A stretch of 52,529 nt of DNA, taken from positions 1 through 52,529 of the IMG/VR virus record IMGVR_UViG_3300028569_000046; one strand, 5' to 3'. This document shows, in pieces, positions 26,159 through 35,932 of the stretch (positions within the stretch are counted from its first letter, which is position 1; each line of letters starts with the position of its first letter). The notes beneath the pieces were generated by a model that saw nothing but the letters and a program-made list of their open reading frames with translations, did no database searches and had not been told where the DNA came from. Made by a program: the position numbers and the translations under genes. The DNA is from a virus. Its lineage: Duplodnaviria; Caudoviricetes.

Positions 26159-28360
26159 TTATTGAGCTGTAAACATTCCGCTTCCGCTTGCCGTAATAAT
26201 AGGAGCATTTACAGAACCGTTGTTGTTTACGTTGCTTGACGTTGAACTGTTATTGGTAATATTACCACCAGTATTATTGTTAATAATAACCACAGGTGCC
26301 GCGGCAGTGGAACCAGCATTTCCCAATTGTGTTCCTACCGTTGGTGGTTTTGATTGGATTCCTTTTTGTAATAGTACAGCAGTTTCTTTTGATTGTTCTG
26401 ATTCCTTAAGGCCGTTAACAATTTGAATTAATGGTGCACCAGGTTTTATGGATTCACTTAAGCTTTTAAGTTTATCATATGGTATTTGATCCAGGACGGA
26501 TAATTTACCGTCAAGTTGCGACAGTGCATTTAATGCAACCACAAGTATATTAAGTCCTTCAGCGAAGGCTTTAATACCTGTAGGATCAAGTGCGTCCAGC
26601 CCTTTAAACTTATCAGCCAATGTTTCAAGAATATCAAGTTCAGAAGTAAAACCTGCCAATGTTTTCAGTCCGTTGGCCAGGTCGCGGACACCCATACCAA
26701 GAATACTTAAGTTATAACCGTGTTTGGCCAATTTAATAAGTTGTTCAATAGGACTGTCACTTCCAATACTTAGTATTTTACCAATTAAGTTTCCGATACC
26801 TGAAACAACTTGTGTTCCGGCAAACGCAACAAGAGCACCAGATAACGCCAATATACCTTTCGATGCGGATATTAAATCATCACCTTTTAGATCTTTTATT
26901 GATTTGTTAAATGTTTTTAAAAATTTTGATATTGTATCATCTTTACCTATGGCCAATTTTAAAGCAAAAATACCCGCGGAAAATGGTATTAAACCTAATG
27001 CAGCTTTTATTAAATTGAAGTAACTTAGTTTAGCAACACCTTCACCGAAGGATGTTAACGCGGCACCGCTTTTTTCGATTGTATCCCATTTTACGGTACT
27101 TAATAGCATCATACCTAATGCAAATGGAATGCTGGCAATTGCTCCAGCAATCATTGCAGGAATTGCTAGTGTTAAAATGCCGCCGCCGAGGCCAAGAGCT
27201 TTTAATGCTTCGTATATTCCATCAAAACCTTTCCAGTTTACAGCACCTAATATTGTCATACCTGCGGCAAATGGTATCAAAGATAAACCTACTAAAGCTA
27301 AAGCCCCCACGCCGGTTAAAATACCCGCCCCTACAGTTGCCATAATCACTCCAATTACAGCCAATGTACCTACCATTGCGAGTAATGCCAGGCCGGCTTT
27401 TCCAAGCGTAGGCCACTCAATATCTGCAAATAACCTTAAGCTTAACGCGGCCAGTCCTAATGAAGCACCAACAATGGCCAAAGCAGCAGCACCCTGTATT
27501 GCTTCTTTGGCAAATTTTGATAAAAGCGCCACCGAACTCATCAAAGCAACCAATGTTCCTGCGCCAGTTATAATTGCATCCGTTGGCATGTCTGCAAATA
27601 ATTTTAAAGATAGAGCGGCCAGTCCTAATGAAGCAGCAACTATTAGTAATGAAACCGAGGCTTTAAGCAATGTATTACCTATTTGTTTAAGTGCTTCGGC
27701 GAGTTTTCCCATAACTTCACCCATTTTTTCAAACATTTGATCGTTTCCAGCAAAAATACCTCCTATTTCCGACAATGAAGTTGTAATTTTCTTTAAAAAG
27801 ATTGTGCTGATGAAAACTGAAGTCCATTTTATTTTTGCAAAAGATGATAGTCCATCTCCTATAAGTTTTAATGGCGTACCAAATGTCTTTGCGAATCTTT
27901 TAAAAGGTATTAGTGCATTTATATTTTCGTTACTTCCTAAAACAGCTCCTATTGTTTTAAATCGGTCCGCAAATGTTTGTAATAAAAATGTTCCTTTTAA
28001 TGCTTTCATCCAAGGAATTTCAGCAAATCTTGTCGTTGCAACGCTGTAATCATCCACCAATTCAATTATTGCACTGGATTTATTAACATCATCAATATTC
28101 ATGGAATTTAATGAGTCCATGAATATTTGCATTCCCGCCACCGATTTTCTAATCAGCCCAGGAGCCAAACCAAAAGTCAAACCTTTTGCAATGTCCGTAA
28201 GTTTTGGTATTTTAAATCCAGCAAAAGGATCATTTTTATTTGCACCACTTGTGGCATTAAACTTGGCTGCAATTTTTTGCAAATAACCGCCATCTTTTGA
28301 AGATGCTAATTGCGCTGAAATTTGAGCTAATAAAGTAGTATCTGTTTTTGATGACGACAT
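26159..28360 (-). CDS. tape measure protein (gp29 equivalent)
   Basis: Long Ala/Gly/Leu helical repeats and an Asn-rich C-terminus; follows gp26/gp51. Confidence 0.7.
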   Translation of the reverse strand: MSSSKTDTTLLAQISAQLASSKDGGYLQKIAAKFNATSGANKNDPFAGFKIPKLTDIAKGLTFGLAPGLIRKSVAGMQIFMDSLNSMNIDDVNKSSAIIELVDDYSVATTRFAEIPWMKALKGTFLLQTFADRFKTIGAVLGSNENINALIPFKRFAKTFGTPLKLIGDGLSSFAKIKWTSVFISTIFLKKITTSLSEIGGIFAGNDQMFEKMGEVMGKLAEALKQIGNTLLKASVSLLIVAASLGLAALSLKLFADMPTDAIITGAGTLVALMSSVALLSKFAKEAIQGAAALAIVGASLGLAALSLRLFADIEWPTLGKAGLALLAMVGTLAVIGVIMATVGAGILTGVGALALVGLSLIPFAAGMTILGAVNWKGFDGIYEALKALGLGGGILTLAIPAMIAGAIASIPFALGMMLLSTVKWDTIEKSGAALTSFGEGVAKLSYFNLIKAALGLIPFSAGIFALKLAIGKDDTISKFLKTFNKSIKDLKGDDLISASKGILALSGALVAFAGTQVVSGIGNLIGKILSIGSDSPIEQLIKLAKHGYNLSILGMGVRDLANGLKTLAGFTSELDILETLADKFKGLDALDPTGIKAFAEGLNILVVALNALSQLDGKLSVLDQIPYDKLKSLSESIKPGAPLIQIVNGLKESEQSKETAVLLQKGIQSKPPTVGTQLGNAGSTAAAPVVIINNNTGGNITNNSSTSSNVNNNGSVNAPIITASGSGMFTAQ

Positions 28361-28365
28361 ATATA

Positions 28366-28545
28366 CTATTTATTATTTTTTTGCTTTAATTCTTCTTCCT
28401 TAATATAGTTTGATAATAAGCTGACATAAATTTCCCTCTCCCATGGCAACATGCCTTCAAGCTCGCTTAAACTGTATTTGTGATGTTGCATTAAAGCAAA
28501 ATTAGTTTGATAGTAATTTGCCAATGATTCATGCGAGAGGCTTAT
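28366..28545 (-). CDS. gp51: baseplate hub assembly protein gp51-like, no clear start codon
   Basis: Read manually: LSHESLANYYQTNFALMQHHKYSLSELEGMLPWEREIYVSLL; internal TTG at 28524 and ATG at 28491. Confidence 0.85.
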   Translation of the reverse strand: MSLSHESLANYYQTNFALMQHHKYSLSELEGMLPWEREIYVSLLSNYIKEEELKQKNNK

Positions 28546-29249
28546 ACGAAAAAAGACTGAGTTCCAGAAATATTAATAGTGTTGTCGTGTGCGCAACTTT
28601 TACATTTAAAGCTTACATCTTTTTGAACCTTAGGTGTTGATTCAATAAAGCTTTCAATTTTGGACATTTGCGCACGTGTCAATGAATTGATAAATGTAGT
28701 TAATTCCGCTGGTGTTGATTTATCACCAGGATAAACAGTGTCTGCATCAAAAATGGATTCGATTGAAGCCATAACCACATTGTTGATAATTTCACTTTGC
28801 GGTTTTTTATCATCTGCAAGCAATGCCATATCCTTAACACGAATGTGACGCAAATTGATACCAACGGTATCCGTCAACATTACGGTTTTGGATGCCTTAG
28901 GATCAATTTTAACTTCAATTTCATCAATAACAATGCTGACAGGATTTGGTGTTTTACATTCTGAACATTCCAAATTTATCTCGGTAATTTCACCGATACT
29001 TTTAGAGCGAAGCTTTAAGAAAATATATTCAAGGTCATAACTTGTAATACTGTTAATATCAAGTTTTTCAAATGTACATGCACGAATAATTTCCTTCATT
29101 GCGGAAAACATTTGGATTGAATCATTTGATTCTTGTGCGATTAGTAGTATTTTTTCCTCCTTAACAAGAAATGGACGATATTCTACAATTTTACCTGTTG
29201 AAGGAATTGCGACGGTATATTTTGACGATTCTAGGATTGGTAATGGCAT
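28542..29249 (-). CDS. gp26: baseplate hub assembly protein
   Basis: MPLP..Y...PSTG...YRPFLVKEEK.LL, DLEY.FL.LRSKS.GE, two CxxC, ends G.QSFF. Confidence 0.92.
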   Translation of the reverse strand: MPLPILESSKYTVAIPSTGKIVEYRPFLVKEEKILLIAQESNDSIQMFSAMKEIIRACTFEKLDINSITSYDLEYIFLKLRSKSIGEITEINLECSECKTPNPVSIVIDEIEVKIDPKASKTVMLTDTVGINLRHIRVKDMALLADDKKPQSEIINNVVMASIESIFDADTVYPGDKSTPAELTTFINSLTRAQMSKIESFIESTPKVQKDVSFKCKSCAHDNTINISGTQSFFV

Positions 29250-29296
29250 AATGTATTATTTTGTTGTATATTATATATGGTAAAATTTAAAATCAT

Positions 29297-29887
29297 TTAA
29301 GCAAACGCTGACGGTAGATTTGTAGGGTTGTTTGTGGCCGGTGTGTCTGAAGGAACATTAATATCACCACGGTAACTAATTATTGGCACCCAAATATTAT
29401 ATGTAAAATCTACGGTTAATTTTTGCGTGGCGTTGGTTTGTGAATTATCCAATTCAACAGCACTCACAGATACTGGATATGCATCTATTAATTTGACTCC
29501 ATACACATCCTGATCCTTTTCATCAAGTTGAAAAATTTCTATTGTTGTTTTAAATGTAGAATCATAAGATATAAAATAATCAGGATCAACAATTCTATTT
29601 AACCATTGATCAAAAATTTTCTTAACATAATAATCATTTGTCAGATGAAAAACAACACTAACATCTTCATTTGCAAAACCTGTAGGTATTTTTATAGGAT
29701 TGCGATATGAACTAAATTCAAATGATTGAATTGTTTTGCTTGGAAATGACGCACTTTCACATAACAATGAAAGTGCACGCCCATTATCAGGAAATGCTGT
29801 TTCTGCTATTTCTATTCTAAAACGATTCTTTTTGGCAACTCCACCCTTTTGCTTAATTAATGCTACAAACTGTGCTATATTATCCAT
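29297..29887 (-). CDS. gp54: tail tube-like baseplate protein (gp54/gp19 fold)
   Basis: NRF.I, LCESASFP, F..W, I.QLD, DAYP.SV, V.F.Y. Confidence 0.7.
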   Translation of the reverse strand: MDNIAQFVALIKQKGGVAKKNRFRIEIAETAFPDNGRALSLLCESASFPSKTIQSFEFSSYRNPIKIPTGFANEDVSVVFHLTNDYYVKKIFDQWLNRIVDPDYFISYDSTFKTTIEIFQLDEKDQDVYGVKLIDAYPVSVSAVELDNSQTNATQKLTVDFTYNIWVPIISYRGDINVPSDTPATNNPTNLPSAFA

Positions 29888-29907
29888 AATTGTAGAAAGT
29901 CCCTAAG

Positions 29908-30387
29908 CTATTTATAAACAATTTTACCAGGTTTCTTTTGCGCTTCTTTAAGCAATAAAACAATGCCTAATGATCGTAATGTATCTTCATGCCATACTTC
30001 AAATGTCCAACCTTTATCTTTTGCATATGATGCTGCGGCTTCCCATTTGGAAATATTTTTAGCATATTTCATAACCTCAAATAAAAATGCTTTTGTCTTT
30101 GCTTTTCTTTTAGGTTCTATTGTTTCCTTTTTAGGTTTGATTTCAATAAGATATGTCGCTCCATTTTTAAATGTAACTTTTAAATCAGGAAAATACAAAT
30201 GTTTTCTGTTATCTGTTCGGCATACATACGGAACAATTACTTCTTCACTGCTCCATTTTACCACATGGTCATTGTTATCCAACCAACGGAATGTTTGTCG
30301 TTCCCACAATGATCTGTATTCAATACGCATTGGGTTACCTTCATATTTTGAAATATTTTTTGGTGTAAATCTACCTTTGTATGTCAT
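29908..30387 (-). CDS. gp4: head completion nuclease
   Basis: YKGRF.PKN..KY.G, YRSLWE, WSSEE, YFPD, IEIKP and N..KW.AA. Confidence 0.92.
   Translation of the reverse strand: MTYKGRFTPKNISKYEGNPMRIEYRSLWERQTFRWLDNNDHVVKWSSEEVIVPYVCRTDNRKHLYFPDLKVTFKNGATYLIEIKPKKETIEPKRKAKTKAFLFEVMKYAKNISKWEAAASYAKDKGWTFEVWHEDTLRSLGIVLLLKEAQKKPGKIVYK
29909..29916 (-). promoter_or_regulatory. T4-type late promoter
   Basis: TATAAATA on the minus strand. Confidence 0.65.
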
Positions 30388-30414
30388 ATAAATAACCTTA
30401 TACAACTATTTATA
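30387..30414. promoter_or_regulatory. pair of opposed late promoters
   Basis: TATAAATA + at 30387-30394 and - at 30407-30414, between divergent gp4 and gp48. Confidence 0.75.
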
Positions 30415-31418
30415 TGGCATCACCGTTAATATATCCTTTGGAATTAAGAGGCACAAATAGACCTATGATGCGCATGAAATGCGGCAAGCCTAATGTTCCT
30501 AAAGTAAGTTCTACATCTGTAGGGCAGTCTGCTGGTATTAATCCAATTGAAATTTACGTTCCTATTCCCGTGGGGCTTACTTTTGATGATGGTGCATCAT
30601 ATAATGATGCTGAGCTTAATATTTTTGGTGGTTTGGCAATGAACGCTGCTCGAAATATAAGCGCCGGAACAGCTGCTGGTGGTCTTGACGGAGCGTTGAA
30701 AGGTGCATTAAAAACAGGCCAAGACGCGCTTGGTTCCGTTGGAACAAGAGATATTGTTGCAGGTGTGATAAAGGCTGCTTCAATTGGTGGAGTTGATAGT
30801 GAAATTACATCCGGTGTGGCCATTGGTATGGGAACAACATTAAATAAGAATGTTGTAACAGAATTTACTGGCGTTGGTACAAGAAATTTTTCCTTTACTT
30901 TCAAATTTGTATCCAAAAGCGAAGAAGAAACACTTGTTATTAAAAATATTATTGAAACATTTAGATCAAATTTATACCCAATAGGTAATTTTATTTCGTT
31001 GCAATATCCTCCCACATGGAATATACAATTTTTAAACGGTGTAAGTGGAGATGATATTCCGTATCTACCTAAAATATTTGAATGCTATCTTAAAGGTTTA
31101 TCGAGTAATTTTAATCCGAGCGCAAATGTATGGAGACGAGGCGGTTCTCCAATTGAAACGGATGTAACAGTTCAATTTATCGAATCACGTGCATTAACAT
31201 ATGAAGATATTAAAAGTTTAGAAGCAAGAGCATTCCAGGAAGGTGATTTTGCACGACTGTATGGAGGTGGAAATGAAAAAGCTATCAGAGATATAATTAA
31301 AAGTTCTGCAACAACATCTACCACCGTAACTCCTCAGACCGAGACCCGTGATGCTGAGCGAAAACCAATAGCTCCCGCTGGCTATCGCTATGATATGGAT
31401 CCTGCGGGCCTGCAGTAG
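30414..31418 (+). CDS. gp48: baseplate tail tube cap
   Basis: YP.., F.G...R.F.F.FKF..KS.EE...I..I..FR, YP..W.I.F. Confidence 0.8.
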   Translation: MASPLIYPLELRGTNRPMMRMKCGKPNVPKVSSTSVGQSAGINPIEIYVPIPVGLTFDDGASYNDAELNIFGGLAMNAARNISAGTAAGGLDGALKGALKTGQDALGSVGTRDIVAGVIKAASIGGVDSEITSGVAIGMGTTLNKNVVTEFTGVGTRNFSFTFKFVSKSEEETLVIKNIIETFRSNLYPIGNFISLQYPPTWNIQFLNGVSGDDIPYLPKIFECYLKGLSSNFNPSANVWRRGGSPIETDVTVQFIESRALTYEDIKSLEARAFQEGDFARLYGGGNEKAIRDIIKSSATTSTTVTPQTETRDAERKPIAPAGYRYDMDPAGLQ

Positions 31419-31486
31419 GACCTGGACTCGGCACCGACCCTAATGCTTATAACCTGACCGACCTCTTCAAATAATAGTTAAAAATT

Positions 31487-33538
31487 ATGTCTGTAAATTA
31501 TTTTAATAAATTCCCAAAAGTATTATTTGATGTTAATAATGATGGTAACTTTTCCATTCTTACCGATATTACAAAAACCGTTGACATTAATACGTTTGAT
31601 AATGATAGTGTAACATATTATACATTTCAAGAAATTGGCGACGGCGAAAGACCTGATAGTCTTTCTTATCGTCTTTATGGTACACCGCAATACTATTGGA
31701 CATTTTTTGTAATAAATGATAGTCTTAAAGCAGGGTTAAGCAATGCATGGCCGTTGAACAGTCACGCGTTTGAAAATATGATGGCCAATGAGTATGATGT
31801 TTATAGTGCAATTACATTTTATCCTATATTACACGCACCTGGTACATTGGATTCAAATGGATTTTTATCATCGGATAATGCTGTAAATAAGCGATCAGAT
31901 TTTTCCTTTGTTCCATTGGTACCAATTAATAATTTGTTAACATCTGTGGATGATCAAGATCAATATTTGCCATATTTGCGTTTGGTTCCCGCCACAGGTG
32001 ATGCACCACCATCCGCAAAAATATTAAAATATGACAGTGCCACGTGCCAACTTGTTGTTTATGATATTCGTGATAATGTTAAAACAAGTGTGCATATTAC
32101 CAACGGCGGCTCAGGCTATGCGCCTACACCGCCAGTGTCATTTGGTGCCGCACCAACTGGCGGTACCACCGCAACAGGTATCGCGGTTGTAGGATCTGAC
32201 AGAAAGGTTTCATCGGTGTTTGTAACAAATCCAGGATCAGGGTATGTCACACCTCCGTCTGTTACAGTTTCATCCGAATACGCAAGCTTAAATATATTTA
32301 GAACAAAAAACATAGGGTCGTTTTTTAGCCCACTGATAGTACCGGATACTGATAATCCGCCAACGGCCATCCTTCGATCGCGCATACCAGGCGCCGCAGG
32401 AAACAATATTAGAATTAAATTTAATGGATTTTCTGGTGGGCTGCATCTCGCCCCATTGCCATTGGCGAGTGTTACATCGGTTGTTGTTTCGGGAACAGAC
32501 ATTACAGTAAATTATTCACCAACTCAAAGTGCTTTAACTCCAGCTGTGGTAAAGGCCGCGTTGGAGGCCAACACTCAAGCAAATACTTTGGTCGAACTGA
32601 TTATTCAACCTATTAATTCTGGGCAATTTGGAACTCCCGCATCTTTCTGGCCAAATGTTTTTACTTCTTTTTCGGGTGAATTTACCACCTGTAATGTGGC
32701 GATTGATTCGCAAGGAAGTGTAATAAGTGTTAATGTTGTAACAAATTCCGATACATTATATTTGCCAGCGCCGACTGTAACATTTGGTTCAGCACCATCA
32801 GGTGGTACTACCGCAACAGGTATTGCAGTAGTAGACTCGGGAGGAAGTGTAACGTCAGTTGTTATAACAAATCCTGGATCCGGATACGTCACAAACCCTA
32901 CTGTCACATTTGGAGCAGCACCGGCAGGTGGTATTACAGCAACTGGAACGTGTGATGTTTCCAAACCTGTAATCTCCAGAGAATCGCTATTAAACGCCGA
33001 AAGCTTTAAACTGTTATGGATTAATCCATACAATCAAATTACGCAAACCGATGCATTTAATGCCAATGAAGCTCTTAAAGCACGATTTGTCACAGCCGCT
33101 TTGACATATTTTGAACCTATTGATAGATATTATTATCCCGGCCGAGTTTCAGACCCTTCGAATAATACGGATCCGACTTACGACAATAGTACTATAGGGC
33201 GGGAAAGATATATTTTTGATAAAAACTATTTAAAGGTTCCCAATTCCAATTCAAAAGTTTATTCATGGGAACTTTATAGAAATGCAACGGCTCAATATAC
33301 ATCAACTCAAACAGTAACTGTTGACGGTGAAACTGTAACAACAACAATTCCCGTTTCGGTGTATGATGTATTGTATCCGCGCAATGATACGCCTGATACG
33401 CCCCCACCACCAATTGGTGTTTTAAGTTTTTATGAAAAAGAAGAAAATGCCAATAGTGATAAAAGAAACATTAAAGTAATAAGACCTGAGGTTATTAATA
33501 GATTTTCAAAAACTTATTTTGATTTGTTAAATACATAA
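31487..33538 (+). CDS. gp53: baseplate wedge protein with large insertions
   Basis: YF.KFP, GERPD.LSY.LYG.PQYYW.F..IN..WP and C-terminal EE..N..KR.IKV.RP. Confidence 0.85.
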   Translation: MSVNYFNKFPKVLFDVNNDGNFSILTDITKTVDINTFDNDSVTYYTFQEIGDGERPDSLSYRLYGTPQYYWTFFVINDSLKAGLSNAWPLNSHAFENMMANEYDVYSAITFYPILHAPGTLDSNGFLSSDNAVNKRSDFSFVPLVPINNLLTSVDDQDQYLPYLRLVPATGDAPPSAKILKYDSATCQLVVYDIRDNVKTSVHITNGGSGYAPTPPVSFGAAPTGGTTATGIAVVGSDRKVSSVFVTNPGSGYVTPPSVTVSSEYASLNIFRTKNIGSFFSPLIVPDTDNPPTAILRSRIPGAAGNNIRIKFNGFSGGLHLAPLPLASVTSVVVSGTDITVNYSPTQSALTPAVVKAALEANTQANTLVELIIQPINSGQFGTPASFWPNVFTSFSGEFTTCNVAIDSQGSVISVNVVTNSDTLYLPAPTVTFGSAPSGGTTATGIAVVDSGGSVTSVVITNPGSGYVTNPTVTFGAAPAGGITATGTCDVSKPVISRESLLNAESFKLLWINPYNQITQTDAFNANEALKARFVTAALTYFEPIDRYYYPGRVSDPSNNTDPTYDNSTIGRERYIFDKNYLKVPNSNSKVYSWELYRNATAQYTSTQTVTVDGETVTTTIPVSVYDVLYPRNDTPDTPPPPIGVLSFYEKEENANSDKRNIKVIRPEVINRFSKTYFDLLNT

Positions 33539-33542
33539 AGCT

Positions 33543-34922
33543 ATGGCGTATGATGATACAGTGGTGCGAAATACACCAAAAGGAGCAATTGGTGAAGATA
33601 ACATATACCAAAACGTACCAGGTACATTTTATGTTCAACAAATGCTCATACAAAATCAAAAAGGTGTTGTTGTAGACTTACGCCCGTTGGTAACAAGTTT
33701 CTCATTGACTGAAGAATTATTCAGTCCTGTTATTATGTTTAATGCTCGCATACGAGATAATATTAATTTCTTTGAAGATTTTGCAATTAGCGGACAGGAA
33801 ATAATACATCTTATTGTGTATAAACCAAATAATGACAAAACCGCCGTTAACAAAATTGACATTAAATTTTTTGTTAAGGAATATCCAAATTATGTTAAAA
33901 CACCGCAATCAAGTGTACAAGAATATGATTTGATTGCCATTTCCGATTTTGGTTATTTGTCATTGCTAAAAAGAATAAGTCGCAGTGTAAAAGGTAATGT
34001 TGTTGATAGTATTGTAAAGATATTTGAAAAAGATCTTAATGTTAAAACCACAATTGTGTCACAACCGTGTACATCATCATTTGATGGAGTGCTTGTAATT
34101 CAAAGTCCTCTTAAAGCAATTGAATGGTTGCGACAAAAAGCATATGATTCGGAAGGATCACCGTTTTTCATTTTTCCAAGAATAGGTTCACCAAATATTA
34201 TTATTACATCGCTTGCAAACCTTTTTAGGAAAAAAGTGTATAAGGAATACAACTATAGACCTTATGCCAACGGTACTGGTCCAAGCAGTAAAGAGGCATA
34301 TATGGAGGCTGTTAAAAAAATTATAGATGTAAAAAGTAACATAAAGTTGGATAAGTTAAAACAAGCAAATGAAGGTGCTTTTGCCAGTAAAACGGTTGTT
34401 ACAGATTATGCTAAAAAATCATTTTTTGAAATAATATTTAACCGAGATAAAGATACAAAATTAAAAGCAAATAAGCTTCTTGAAAATTCACCGTGGGGTA
34501 AAACTCTTAATTTTATTATTAACGGTATAACAAGTCCGCCAGAACAGTTGACAGATATTGCTGATGCGAGTCGTACTACAATATCAACAAATACCAATAG
34601 TAATTCCAGCGGTAATCCAAACAGTTCCACTTTGCTGTCGGAAAGTTTAGGACGACTTAAATCATATTTGTCAAACATGGAAACATTAAATCATCAAATG
34701 GAAGTATACGGTGATTTTAATTTAAATCCAGGCCGCAAAATTGTAATTAATATTCCAAAATCTTGTAACCTTGAAGAATACAAAAAGAAAATTAATACTG
34801 GTCTTGAGGATGACAACGATGTTGACGAAGCACTTTCCGGTACTTATATGGTTGCGGTTGCCGTTCATACATTTTCCGACGGCGTGTATACAACATCAGC
34901 CAAAATAATGAAAGATCAATAA
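33543..34922 (+). CDS. baseplate hub protein (gp27-like)
   Basis: Position between gp53 and gp5; EELFSP, GQE and SG.Y.V..V.H. Confidence 0.65.
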   Translation: MAYDDTVVRNTPKGAIGEDNIYQNVPGTFYVQQMLIQNQKGVVVDLRPLVTSFSLTEELFSPVIMFNARIRDNINFFEDFAISGQEIIHLIVYKPNNDKTAVNKIDIKFFVKEYPNYVKTPQSSVQEYDLIAISDFGYLSLLKRISRSVKGNVVDSIVKIFEKDLNVKTTIVSQPCTSSFDGVLVIQSPLKAIEWLRQKAYDSEGSPFFIFPRIGSPNIIITSLANLFRKKVYKEYNYRPYANGTGPSSKEAYMEAVKKIIDVKSNIKLDKLKQANEGAFASKTVVTDYAKKSFFEIIFNRDKDTKLKANKLLENSPWGKTLNFIINGITSPPEQLTDIADASRTTISTNTNSNSSGNPNSSTLLSESLGRLKSYLSNMETLNHQMEVYGDFNLNPGRKIVINIPKSCNLEEYKKKINTGLEDDNDVDEALSGTYMVAVAVHTFSDGVYTTSAKIMKDQ

Positions 34923-34925
34923 AGT

Positions 34926-35918
34926 ATGACAATTACAACATGGTTTACAGCAGTTGTTGAAGATGTATCAGATCCTACAAACAGCGGTCGTGTGCGCATC
35001 CGTTGCCTAGGTTTTCATAATGATGATAAGGCGGAACTTCCCACCGAAGATTTGCCGTGGGCCACATGTTTATTGCCTGTGACTAGTGCAAGTATATTAG
35101 GTGTTGGTATTAGTGCAACCGGGTTGGTTCCTGGAAGTTGGGTATTTGGATTTTTCCGTGATGGAGCTGAAATGCAAGATCCGGTAGTATTAAGCAGTAT
35201 CGCATCTTCTTCTGATGTTGTTGGTTATGATAATGGGCTTGGTGCATTTGACGGTGTTGGGTTTAAAGATCCTTATGGTTCATATGGCTTAGGCGGTGGG
35301 TATGATATTCCAGGTGCAGCGACCAGTGGTGCGCAAAGTGGAGGTCTTTCAACTTATGGAGGTTTTGCAGTAGGTCAAAGTGGCGTTTTATCTTCGATGG
35401 AAAATCCTCCTCCACCACCAAATGTTGCGGGTGGTGTACGAGAAAAATTAGTAGCAATTGCAAAAAGCAGAATTGGTAATACATACGAAACATCGAAACA
35501 TCAAGGACCTGGAATTGCTGAATTGTGGAGCTCCACAACCTTTCCCGGTGGTTATAGTGCTCGTCAGCCATGGTGTGCCGCATTTGCATCTTGGTGTGTT
35601 CAACAAACTGGAGTATTACCTGATGATATTAGACCAAAAAGTGCGGCCGCGTTTCGTGGTGGTGGTTATGAATCTTGGGCGCGATCAAACCCTTCGGTTG
35701 CAAAACTTATAGTAAACCCAAGAACAATTAATGCAGGAGATCTTGTTATATTTAGTTTTAGCCACATTGGTGTTGCATCAACAAATAGTGACTCAAACGG
35801 TTCTTTTAAATGCGTTGAAGGTAATACAAGGTCCGCAGGAAGCAGAAAAGGTAATGGTGTTTACGAAAAAACAAGATCAATTAAAAGCGTGCGAAGTGTT
35901 GCAGCTTTTATTATTTAA
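34926..35918 (+). CDS. gp5: gp5 N-terminal OB-fold fused to a CHAP peptidoglycan hydrolase
   Basis: WF..VVED..DP...GRVR.RC.G.H, LPWA, GSWVFGFFRDG; PWCAAF..W, SHIG and VEGN. Confidence 0.88.
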   Translation: MTITTWFTAVVEDVSDPTNSGRVRIRCLGFHNDDKAELPTEDLPWATCLLPVTSASILGVGISATGLVPGSWVFGFFRDGAEMQDPVVLSSIASSSDVVGYDNGLGAFDGVGFKDPYGSYGLGGGYDIPGAATSGAQSGGLSTYGGFAVGQSGVLSSMENPPPPPNVAGGVREKLVAIAKSRIGNTYETSKHQGPGIAELWSSTTFPGGYSARQPWCAAFASWCVQQTGVLPDDIRPKSAAAFRGGGYESWARSNPSVAKLIVNPRTINAGDLVIFSFSHIGVASTNSDSNGSFKCVEGNTRSAGSRKGNGVYEKTRSIKSVRSVAAFII

Positions 35919-35932
35919 TAAATACCAATACT

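Noticed and set aside
26220-28286. Plus-strand ORFs (up to 203 aa) opposite the tape measure gene
   Set aside because: Antisense shadows of a repetitive Ala/Gly/Leu-rich gene
29908-30387. TnsA transposase or homing endonuclease
   Set aside because: Motifs and position match the T4 gp4 head completion protein, which shares that fold
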